Assembly (NCBI RefSeq): GCF_036321535.1
Contig: NC_087436.1
Span: 6,696,001 to 6,760,000, forward strand
Direction of reading: 5' to 3'
DNA length: 64,000 bases
Origin: Camelus dromedarius
Taxonomy: Eukaryota
The position numbers were made by a program, and so were the translations under genes. Under the pieces are notes generated by a model, which was not told the DNA's origin, made no database searches, and saw nothing but the letters and a program-made list of their open reading frames with translations. Positions 13,801 to 24,156 of this stretch are shown in pieces. The number at the start of each line of letters is the position of its first letter. Position 1 is the first letter of the stretch.

Positions 13801-14550
13801 TACTACCCATATATTTTAAGGCAAAAGCCCTGGGCTAGCTTTTCGCCCTCTCCGAGTCAGGCAGAAAGGAGCCGTGGTAGGTGCTCAGGGAAGCTCGAGG
13901 GTGACCAGTGCTTGGGTGTTGAAGGGAAGGTGAATGTGAAGGGCGCGTGCGTGCCCGTGGCTGCAGGTAACTCAGGGACGTGGGGAAAGAGCTGGCAGAG
14001 AACGGGAGACATGCACAGGTATCTCCCATGACCTTCCCCGCGGGCCCAGGGATGGAGCCTATGGGGGACGGAGCTGAGTGCGCTCCCAGGCCCGCCCCTC
14101 CCAGAACACTGGTTTAATCTCCTGTGTTTTCGTCCCAAGGTGCTCGCCTGTAATCCCCCTACCAGTCGTGGGGAGTGTCAGAATTACAGCTGGGTGTTCA
14201 GATTCACATGCAAGAAGAAGAACAGAGTTTTCCTTACATTTTAGAAACTACTTTGGAAGGTATTTTGATCACAAAGTGGACAGTCTGACATCCATCCTTT
14301 CCCCTTCTGATATCTTTTATTTTCACCTTTTTAAGTTGGAAAATAACATGAAACATTTAATAAGATGTCGTTATTAAATGTTAGCTCTTCCAGACAGGCT
14401 AGCCTTGGTTCGATTAATAGCCGAGTCAGGGTCACCCCTCAAAAATAAGGACTGAGCAGCTTGCTTTGTAAATTATAGTGCTGTTTTGGCAAAATGTAAT
14501 TGTTGGGCAACAAGAAAACAGAGAGCAATGAAATCTTTGTTGATGTTTTT

Positions 14551-14650
14551 CTCTTTTTCTTTCTTTCTTTTTAAAATGGGTGTGCTGGGGGTTGAACCCA
14601 GGACCTCGTGCATGCCGAGCACGTGCTCTACCCCTGAGCTGCACCTGTCC
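14551..14650 (-). mobile_element. Vic-1-like SINE
   Basis: ctgggggttgaacccaggacctcgtgcatgccgagcacgtgctctacccctgagct with a T-rich tail to the left. Confidence 0.85.
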
Positions 14651-15269
14651 GTCCCCAGGTTTTTTCACTTTTCATGGCTTCAGCCTGTGAGCCCAGTTTT
14701 CATTGTTGCGGAGGGTGTTTTAATGACCTGGTGTAGTTCTAAAGTGTCGGGGTTTGGGGCACAGTCGTCAGGGCTTGTTTGGTTGGAAGTGACGGGAAGC
14801 TCGCTGTGGGAACCCTGCTCCCCGGGAACAGCTGGCTGCCCCCTCACCTCTGTGTCCCTCCCCACGACCCCATTCTCAGGCGGGCTCTCAACCCACGATG
14901 GCCGAAACGGGCCCCAGAAGCTCAGGGCAACCCTTAGATTCACGCAGCCAGGGTGGGGCCGTGCGAAGCAGCCTGGCCTGGAACACAGGCGGTCTGGACT
15001 GAGAGAAAGAGGAAAACAGCTTCTGAAACAAACTCACAGCGTTGTGTCCAGACTGGGAGGCAGGGGTGCTGGGCAGGGCGGCTCGGCGTACAGGTTGCGC
15101 GAAGACAGTGCAGCCAGCACTGTGTGTTTTCTGGTGCTAGGATTTGAGAAAACAAATCTGCTCCCATAAAAGAGCGTATTCAGTGGTGACCACCACCGCC
15201 TGAAAATGCCTGAAAAAGGGAAGGACCAACGACGCGTAGTTTGAGATTGGGGACCAGTTTTTTTTTTTT

Positions 15270-15470
15270 TTTAAATGGTAATAGTAACAATTCTAAAAAC
15301 TTTAAGGAATTACCATTTTGGAGCCCTTACCTGTGTGAAGCCCTGTTTTATGTATTTCACGTAATTCCTCCAGCAGCTTTGTGAAGTGGGGGTTACGACC
15401 CTCATTGTGCTGGTGAAGAAATGGAATCTGGGAGAACTGGGGTTTGAATCCACGTCTCTGACTTCACTCT
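15270..15470 (-). mobile_element. MIR fragment
   Basis: taattcctccagcagctttgtgaagtggg...gaagaaatggaatctgggaga...gggtttgaatccacgtctctgact. Confidence 0.6.
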
Positions 15471-16966
15471 GTTAAGCTGTCTCTTACTTTAAAGTGTGCC
15501 TTTGTCTGTCTGCCTGTCTGTCTGTCATCTAACTGTCCATCTGTCGTCCCTCCTCTTCCACTGTTCTCAGCACTCAGGACCCTTTGTCTTGGGGCCACCT
15601 GTGGGGCCCACACTGACCCAGTCAGCTCCGCCCCCAGGCACACCTGCCCCTTCCTCCCCCCCTGTGCCTGTCACTCTGGCGTTCAATTAAAGGGCCTGAC
15701 TCGGAATAAATTCTGTTTGTCCTTCCTGCTTCTGGTCTTAATCTATCCAGCCCTGTCTTCCTCAGAGCAGCAGATTGAATTTTTTTTAAAGTGTAGACCC
15801 AAGTTTACCCACCTGTTGACCTTGGCTTCTCTTTGCCCTCCGGGGTGCCCGTCCGCCTGCCCCTCCAGCCCACTCCCTCTCTCCACCATTTTTACTTTCT
15901 CTTCTGGGCCTGTCCTTCTCTTACCCTGACCCTCCCTCTTCCCGTTGTGTTCTTCATTCTCACACTCCTTAACCTCTGCTTCTTCAAGTCTGTGGGAAAC
16001 ACCATGTCCTTAAATCCTTAGGGACCTCCCTGCCCCTCTCCCACCCCTGCAGTCTGAAAACGTGAGAGTCTCATTACATCCTGTCTTTTTTGCACTTAGG
16101 ACAGTCTGTAGTTATTCATGGATTCTTGGTGCTTAGCCCAGTGTCCCCACTAGAGCATGTCCTCCTGAGGGCAGGGACCAGACTTCCAGCGTCCAGCGCG
16201 GTGACCGGGACATCACCGGCTCTCAGATCTGTGCCGGGCGGGTCGGCAGGCTAGTGACCGAGGATGCCCGGAGCAGTGCGCTTCAGATGACTGGCTATCT
16301 CAGCTGTCACGTTCTGATTTCACTTACCACTCTGGCACGAAGCTGAGTGGAGAGCAGCTTTGTCCTGGTGGCTTTTGGTTTGCTCAGGAGCAAGCTGTGC
16401 CTCCTTTAGTGCTGATGGTTATGGTGTGCGGTGCAGATGTGCACAGAACTCCTGTGTCAGAGCCACGCTGGCAGGACCTGCTAAGTTTCAGGATATGTAA
16501 TTGCTCGCAGTTTGGCCTGAGCCTAGGTGGCTGGGAGTGGAGGACTGTGGGCCGTCCTGGCGGGCTCCAGATTCCCTGCCACTGTGCAGAGGCATGGGCA
16601 CTCCAGACCTTGGGTGGGCCTCTCTTGGAACCCAGGCCCCCAAGATTCAGCTCTCCACACGCCTCTGCCCTCCTGCCCGCCGTCTTTGCCCAGAGTTGCT
16701 TTGGAAGGAGACGCTTTCTCTCCAGGGATGTGCTGTTTGAGCAGTCTTCCCAGCCTGTGTCATGGGCACTGGGAGCATTTGGATGGTCCTTCGGGGTCTA
16801 CACCCGGGACCGTGTGCCCCCAGTTGGAAGGGATGGTGCCCGCTGTGCACGGTGGCTTTCCCGGCACCCGGGCATCCGGGCCGGGAGACTTCCTCCCTTT
16901 CTCTCTCCATGGTCCTGCCAGGTGTTGCAGCTGACATGACCTCTTTCTCTTCTTGTTAATCCATAG

Positions 16967-17093
16967 CTGGTCCTGTTCTGAGTTCGACCTGAATGAGATT
17001 CGCCTGATCGTTTACCAGGACTGCGAAAGGAGGGGCAGGCAAGTCTTGTTCGATTCCAAAGCTGTTCAAAAGATTGAAGAGGCAGCAGCTCAG
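16967..17093 (+). CDS. FNIP2: FNIP2 coding exon 2 (127 nt), start of longin/uDENN region
   Basis: ttaatccatag|C TGG...GCT CAG|gtatga; translates [42 protein letters not shown]. Confidence 0.95.
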
Positions 17094-17640
17094 GTATGAA
17101 ATGTGGGTTTGCTTTCATCGTTTTTGTTCATGCTGTGAGCGCCCTCGCTGAGCAGCCATGTGTTAATCCATCGTCCTCTCTTTGGGCTGTATCGTGCAGC
17201 ACCATTAATGGTTCAGAAGAAACCCAGGTGGAGCCGCCACCCCGCCCACCACGTTTGTGTTCTCACTAATACACACAGCCGAGACTGAGCAAGTGATGGT
17301 GACAGATGTAAGCAGTGTAAGTAGGTATTGCTAGAAGTGAATTTGCCGGCGAGTCACAGTCCAATAGGATTTTGGCGCCAAATACGTGCCGTGTGTAACG
17401 GGAAAAGTGAGGACTGTAAAATTCATGAAGTGTTAGCCTGAAGGGAAGGTACAGGTCATCCTGTCTGGCATTTCTCATAGATAGTAAGAGGTGTTACACA
17501 GCACTGGATTAAACAAGTAAACAGCTCTCCTCGCTACAGGGCTTCAGTGTGCCAACATGCACTGTCATCTTCGAAAGGGAGTGTGCCTCCAGCCTGTCTG
17601 ACCAAGGAAGCTTTTATTTATTTCCTCTTTTTAGTAGAGG

Positions 17641-17845
17641 GCTGGTGGTGGAGCTGGTGGAGGTGGTGGTGGTGGTGTTGGAGGTGGTGGTGGACGTGGT
17701 GGTGATGATGGTGGAGGGGATGGTGGTGGTGGAGGTGGTGGTGATGGTGGTGGAGGGGATGGTGGTGGAGGTGGAGGTGGTGGAGGTGATGATGATGACG
17801 GTGGAGGTGGTTGTGGTGTGATGGTGGTGGAGGTGGTGGTGAGCG
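17641..17845 (+). repeat. Imperfect (TGG/GGA/TGA)n trinucleotide tract
   Basis: gtggtggaggtggtggtggtg... over about 200 bp. Confidence 0.95.
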
Positions 17846-18855
17846 CGGTGTGGGTGTGGGGGGTCTGGAGCTGGGTAAAGTGAGGACAGAGCAGCTCTTG
17901 ATCCCTTGGAGCCAGAACAGAAAAAGTGGAGTGACATGTCCAGGTAGGAGCAGAGTCTGGTCCTCCCTGTGAGTCTCAGGGACATCCTCCAGAGTACTTC
18001 TTAGTTGTGGCCTTTCTAACAGTTGTTCAGAAGTCTCCAAAGTAAAAAAAAGCTTCTTGTGTGCATTCTGTTCACATTCAGTCACCTGCTGCTGTGTTGA
18101 TGGAACCCCGGCAGTGGGAGAATATGCGGCTGAGGGAGGGAATGGTCTGCATCACGGTCTCCGTCTCATCGGAGCGGAGATCTCCTCCTGCCTCTGATAA
18201 GCACCGTTTCTGCAGGAAGTGTCTGCTTAGAGGCAGCCACCTGGGCAGGCTCGGCGGGCTTTAGCGTGGGTGCCCAGCCAGGTAGCTGATCACTCCCGTA
18301 GTCGCCGGGCTTGTTAGGTGAGGTGGGGAGGCATGAGAAACCTCGTAGGTGATTCACCCAGAGGCCCTCCTGGCAGGTTGGTCTCAAAGCTGAGGTGAGC
18401 CAGGACTTGCCCGTCAGTTTGGTGAGCAGGACGTGGTTTCCCACAGCACTGCCTGTTTCCCCGAAGGCCCTGCCCAGTGGTTGACCACGCACAGGTGGAG
18501 GGAAAACAGTTCTCACCGGTTTCCAGAGGGAACCAGAACCTTCACTCTGTTGGAGCAGCGATGACCCTGGAGTCTGGAACTGAAGCTTCCTTGGAAGCTC
18601 TCAGGAATTGAAAAGACAGCTGGGTCCGGGGAGGTTTGTGACTTGCCCAGGGCTGCAGAAGGCATCCGGTCTCGGCTCTGCTCACTGTCCAGGGGCGGTT
18701 GCCGATCGTGGACCTCTTGGCAGGTTGTCCCCAGCTGGGAGCCTGGTAGCCTGGGGCGGGTGTGGACTGCCTGCCCCACCAGGCCCCTGCGGGCTGTGCT
18801 CCTGGCTTACGTGGTGCTAAGAGGCAGGCGGATCTGCAGGGGGTGAGGAGGGTGT

Positions 18856-18981
18856 GTCACGTGTTCAGGGACAGCTGTGGAGGCACTTCCTCACGTGCTT
18901 TGCCCATGTTCAACCCCTACCCCTTGGCAAGCACATGACTGCAGGCATTTGCATCCGACCACCCGTGTGACTGTCACGTGA
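18856..18981. promoter_or_regulatory. Cluster of MiT/TFE-type E-boxes (CLEAR/M-box) in intron 2; candidate enhancer
   Basis: GTCACGTG 18856, TCACGTG 18891, AGTCATGTGCT on the minus strand 18930-18940, GTCACGTGA 18973; octamer ATTTGCAT 18947. Confidence 0.6.
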
Positions 18982-19817
18982 AGATTAGATAAGCTGCGGT
19001 TGCATTCATGTTTTTCTGAGCAAAAGCTGCGTGAAGAAAAAGCAAATCAGAGTAGAAGCAACTTACCCTAGAGGGCGAGGGTGCTCCTGGGGGGAGGACT
19101 CCATTCTGGTGTGGGAGAAGCGGGGACGTTAGCAAAGGTGCGCCTTTATACCTTTGTGTCCCTGTCACAAAAGTCAGCAGCGAGCCCGTGTGGGGAGCGT
19201 GGAATAGCCAGTCCCTCCAACCCCTGACCTTTGAAGGCCAGGTGGCCGGCACACGCTGGGGCATCCAGGGGCCCCTGCTGCAGAGTTCTGGCTTCGTCTT
19301 TCCCAAGTCGACCTTGTGACTTTCTTTCCTGCGCCTTTACTGCTGCGGGAGCTGTGTCCCAAACACGGGCCTGTCTTTCCAGGTTAATAGGGGGCTTTCT
19401 CAGTTCCATCTGCTTGGTAGAAGTTTGCTTCTGAAGCAAGGGCTCTGTCCTCGTCGGTTTTGTAGATGACGACTCGACGTGGCAAAATCTCTAAGACAAG
19501 CACAGAGGGCAGACCTCATGGATGATTTTAAAATATGAATCGAAACAGAAGATATTTGAGTTACTTGAAGACAATAGTCTGCATACATAACCCGCCACCT
19601 TCTGTCTGTCCCCCTTCCTGAGTGCTCGCCTCTTCCAAGTGTTTCAGACTCTCAGGAACCATGTTTTTGTCCTTGTTAGAAAGGAAAAAACCCAAACTCT
19701 GGTTTTCTGCACAGCACAGGCACCACAGGACAGGAGGTTGTAATGAGGGAACCCCCGGTAACGCGTGTGTCGGAACCAGTATTCTTAGCGTGGCTGACCC
19801 TGCCCTCCCTCTTCCAG

Positions 19818-19946
19818 AGAGCGGAGGATGTGCCGGTGAAGGCGTCGGCCAAGTGCTGCCAGCGAGGCGGGGGCAGCAGCCTCTCTGCCCACGGTGCCCC
19901 CTGGGCGTCCGCGCAGCCGGCCAAGGAGCAGCTCCCGAAGTACCAG
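19818..19946 (+). CDS. FNIP2: FNIP2 coding exon 3 (129 nt)
   Basis: ccctcttccag|AGA...TAC CAG|gtaaca; RAEDVPVKASAKCCQRGGGSSLSAHGAPWASAQPAKEQLPKYQ; phase 0-0. Confidence 0.93.
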
Positions 19947-20391
19947 GTAACACACCCCTCCTGCCCGGAGTGCCCTGGGGCCGAGTTCAGGTACTGCCAG
20001 CTCTCCTCGGGGATGATGGCTGCTTGGCAGTTCAGCTCCAGGAATAAGAGATTAAGTGTTCAAACGCCAGTGCTGGGTCCACACGTTGGCTTTTCCCTCC
20101 CGGTAGAAGCTACTGAGCACGGGCAGCGGTGATCGGGAACAACGCAGCGCGAATGAGGAAGAAATGTTGCAGCTAGGGTGAACCCTCCTGTTTTGCTTCC
20201 TTTGCAGTCAGAACCAAATTAACACATGTGCATTTTCCAGTTTTGTTACACGAACTCTAAGGATTCTGGGATGTGTATCCTAAGAAGATAGCGCTTCCCG
20301 CTAAAAGGAAGGGAACCTTGTGTAGGAGCAGACGGAGAGGCCAGACCTACCTTGAGTGTGAAGGAGAGAGGGCTGGTGGCATTTTTCATGC

Positions 20392-20432
20392 TGTGTGTGT
20401 GTGTGTGCGCGCGCGCGCGTGTGTGTGCGTGT
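20392..20432. repeat. (TG)n(CG)n(TG)n alternating purine-pyrimidine tract
   Basis: tgtgtgtgtgtgtgtgcgcgcgcgcgcgtgtgtgtgcgtgt. Confidence 0.95.
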
Positions 20433-20997
20433 AAGCCAGCAGAGGACAGGAATTAGGGTTCCCGAGGAATACTGACTGACTAGGTCTAAGGGAGGAAGTG
20501 TTTCATCAGTGCTGACTGGCAGAAGGATGCTGCTTGAGCCAGGATATATCAGGGTTTTTTGGGGGGTGGGGAGGAGCCATGTAGAGTTTTGCCTACTATG
20601 TTGTGATCTGGACCAGCAAAGCCAGGGAAGTCACCAGGGGCCACAGGTCTACAGCGCTCTGTCAATTTCACGGTCTCAGGACTTGCGCCACGCGTCAGCC
20701 CTCGCCCTGCCGGGCTCCTGGTCTCAAAGCAGTTATGTGGTTAAACCAGTACAGGGTGAGACTTTCAGCTCATGGGGAATCACAGTTGGCGTGTGGACCT
20801 GGTACCCCAAGAAAAAGCAGGTTACGAAGTGGAGGTGCTGGGCGCAAGTCATGAGTAAAGAATGTGAAAGCCTGTTGGTTGCTGTCTGCGGGGAGTGAGA
20901 AGAGGTCGGTGTGCGCTGTAACCAGAGAGGAGCCCTGTTAGATAAGGCTGAGAGATTTGTGTTTCTCTTTCCTCCTCTGCAAACATGTATAAGGGGG

Positions 20998-21002
<5 letters not shown>

Positions 21003-21028
<26 letters not shown>

Positions 21029-21060
21029 TCGTGTGAATACATGTGTGTGTGTGTGTGTGC
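21003..21060. repeat. Interrupted (TG)n microsatellite
   Basis: Read directly from the sequence. Confidence 0.9.
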
Positions 21061-21930
21061 ATTTGAGGTTTAAAAAAAAGAAGAGCATGTTAATTCAAGA
21101 GCGATTGGCGTGGTTTTGCTAGAGCAGAAGGAGGAGCAGCAGGAGGCGGCCACTGGTTTTGGTCCAGCTGTGCGGGTGCACACGCACACCTGTCCTCTTC
21201 ATTGGTGTGTCACCAGCTCTTAGAGTAGGAGCTGAGGATCCTGTATCCGAGTGATTGAAAAAGAGCATTAAGTCCACTGGATACAGGAGAGATGGTTAAG
21301 AAAGCCAGCTGGGAGGACGGAGGCACCACCAGAGCAGTCTGAACACTGGGGAGGGGGTGGGGGGGGTGGGCAGCGCCGTTCCCCCCACCCCCAATGACAA
21401 AAGGGGCACAAAGGACTACTCAGGAGTTAGGGGGTCAAATATTTTAAAAATATTTTTGTGAAATGTTAAGGTCACCAGACCGTCCGTGATCCTTGGGACC
21501 CACAAACCCTGCCGGCCCCACCTGGCATCTTTGTTCAACACTGTTGCTCATTTGGTTGAGTCATCCAGACCGTGCTTCTCTCCAGGCCGTGTTCTTAGCT
21601 CCACGAGAAGCGCTCCCCTGTCTTCTTCCGTCATTCCATCTTTCTGTTTAGCGTTTGTAAGCGGGGATAATGAAAATGTTTGTTTCTCAGAGCAAGGTAA
21701 AAATGAGCTCAGATTAAACACTTGGGTCCTGCATGGAGAGGGTGTGTGTAAAGAAGAAACCGTGTTGGTTAGTGATACCTGGGGGGAGCAGGCAGTCGCC
21801 CCCAGGCCTGAGACACTGAGATGAGCGGGGCTGCCCCGAGCAGCAGCTCTCCTGCCAGCCGCTCTGGAGGTCGCCCTCCTCTGTGTTCACTGCCTGTGAC
21901 GTGACTCTGGGTTTCTTCCCTGGCGCCCAG

Positions 21931-22031
21931 TACACCCGGCCAGCGTCTGACGTCAGCATGCTGGGGGAGATGATGTTCGGCTCGGTCGCCATGAGCTACC
22001 AAGGCCCCACCTTAAAGATACACTACATACG
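21931..22031 (+). CDS. FNIP2: FNIP2 coding exon 4 (101 nt)
   Basis: tggcgcccag|TAC...ATA CG|gtgagt; [34 protein letters not shown]. Confidence 0.95.
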
Positions 22032-22136
22032 GTGAGTTTGGGCTGCCTCTGCGTGCTGGATGAGGGGTGCTGGGGCGGGCTCCTCCGCTCAGAAATGCAC
22101 TGCTCCCTCTCCTTCTGTTTCTGTTTTTCCCTCCAG

Positions 22137-22208
22137 ATCCCCTCCACAGCTGATGATCAGTAAAGTGTTCTCTGCTAGAATGGGCAGCTTCTGCGGGAGT
22201 ACAAACAA
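22137..22208 (+). CDS. FNIP2: FNIP2 coding exon 5 (72 nt)
   Basis: tttttccctccag|A TCC...AAC AA|gtgagt; [23 protein letters not shown]; preceded by a 105-nt intron. Confidence 0.95.
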
Positions 22209-23784
22209 GTGAGTGGGGGGCCTCGCCCCCCGTCTTCCTAGGTGGCTCTTTCTGGGGAGGGCAGTTCTTTGAGGCCCTGAGGGTTTCTGAGATGGGAAGC
22301 AGGGTGTGTCCCCATTCCCTGAGGGGTTTTAAAGCAGCCATGTGTCCAAGACACAGTGAGCTCCTATGAAAAGGCCTTGGACCTTACCAGGTGGCCGTAA
22401 AGACAAGCTACTGTCTAGATGGGGGTACTGGGGTCCCCATCTGCTACCTGCCATGTTCCTCCTGCCCGTCACCAAGTGCTCGTTCCCTGGAGAATGAAAA
22501 GTGAAGGGGGAAGAGAAGGGACCGCAGCGAGGAGTTCATGGGCGCTCCTGATACCACTTTGTCTTTAAAAGAAGCCTTGTCTGTTAGTCTGTTCACCGAT
22601 TCCTTTTCTAAAGGAACGAGGCACAGGGTGAGACCCTCAGGCCTAGAGGCACCAGGACGGCAGGAGGGTTGCTGTTCTTGCGTCCGTCTGAGTCATCATG
22701 CAGACTCCGGGGTCGGCTGGGACTTGGCCAGGCAGTATTCCGATGGTCACTCCCGAGCTTCCCCTCCAGTCTTAATGTCACTCTTCTGTGCAGACTAAGA
22801 ATGCAGAATGTCTGACCTAACTCTTACTCTGGGACGTGTGTTCATATATTCTCAATTTTTCAAGCAGAAATATTTCATATACTTCTTAGAACATCGGTTA
22901 ACTTGGGTCAGGTTGAAAGAAATGTTTGTTATAAATTAAAGGGGTGTTCTCAGGGGTCAGATGAAGGCTGTTATTTTTTACAATCCTGGGAAATTAAAAG
23001 TATATTCCTCTGCAAATAGCTGGGTGCCATTCAGTAAGTCAGCTTACTCTTCAACAAAATAACGAATTTACTTGTTTGAGCATTTAACGTTGGATTGTCC
23101 TGACTTAAGCCAGGTTATGCATTGATGTTTATTTCTTGTGAGATATTCTTTTTCGACCCTTGATATAACCTGAACATTTATTACACTAACTCCCTCTGAT
23201 AAAATACCGAGCTCAGGTTTAAGTAAAAATGATTTTGGCCTCATTATGCTCTATTATCCTCGAAATCTTTATCTGTTCTGAACTACAATGAATTATTAAA
23301 ATCTGCTTCTCTCATGCGTGTGTTTATGAGTCATTCTAACTTTTTAGAAGTTGTGAAACCAAACTCCGATAGGGAGCAAAATTTCTGTTATATCCTCCTT
23401 CTGAAAAAAAGTGGCTGAATTGCTCAGAGATGTTAACAAGGAGTTAAAATGGATCGCATTTTGAGAGTTTATGTAGACTTGCCCTTGAAATGAGAGGCAG
23501 TGTCCTAGGTGTCAGTCACTAAAGCAAGGCTTGTAGAGTTTGCTGTCCCCCATCAGATGACGTGGAATTGTCTGGAACGTGTCGTTTAGTTTTCCAGGTT
23601 GAACCACCTCCAAAGAACCTGTCTTGTCTTTTCCTCCAACAAATTCCCCCAAAGCTTAATCCCCTTTGGCAGATGTGAGACTTTATTAACTTACTGAGGA
23701 AAGTCTGACCAGCAGATAGGATGTCTGTATCTGACAGTCCTCATGTTCTTCTCCCCTTGACCTTCCGTCCCTCTCTGGATTTAG

Positions 23785-23885
23785 CTTGCAAGACAGCTTT
23801 GAATACATCAACCAAGATCCCAACTTGGGGAAACTGAACACAAATCAGAACAATCTGGGTCCCTGTCGTCCCGGAAGCAACCTAG
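23785..23885 (+). CDS. FNIP2: FNIP2 coding exon 6 (101 nt)
   Basis: ggatttag|C TTG CAA...CTA G|gtaaaa; [33 protein letters not shown]. Confidence 0.93.
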
Positions 23886-24066
23886 GTAAAATCCGCCGTG
23901 TGGCTGGGCTCTTTCTTTCTGGGAACCACTCTCGTGGGTGTGCATTCGCTTTCTGTGAGTCTGTGGTGGTGTTGTTCTCTGTGTATTTATTTTGCCCCAT
24001 CTTTAATCCGTGTTTCTCTGTGTGTGTGTGTGCTGTGTCCGCCCTCCCGTGTGTCTCCACCTCCAG

Positions 24067-24156
24067 GGCCACTGCAGTCCTGGGGCAGCAGACAGCTGCA
24101 GGGGGGCGCTGAAGGAGGACCTCTCCGGCTCACCCGCAGCGCCTCTTTCTTTGCAG
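24067..24156 (+). CDS. FNIP2: FNIP2 alternative cassette exon (90 nt, phase 1-1)
   Basis: ctccacctccag|GG CCA...TTT GCA G|gtttgt; in frame between exons 6 and 7; [30 protein letters not shown] resembles FNIP1 GPLRLIRSASFFA. Confidence 0.8.

Noticed and set aside
1..16966. FNIP2 first exon or start codon
   Set aside because: No sequence encoding the expected MAPTLLQKLF-type N-terminus and no clear promoter island was seen; this stretch is intron 1.
17549..18085. Poly-His, poly-Thr and poly-Val ORFs
   Set aside because: Translations of the (TGG)n tract, with no exon evidence.
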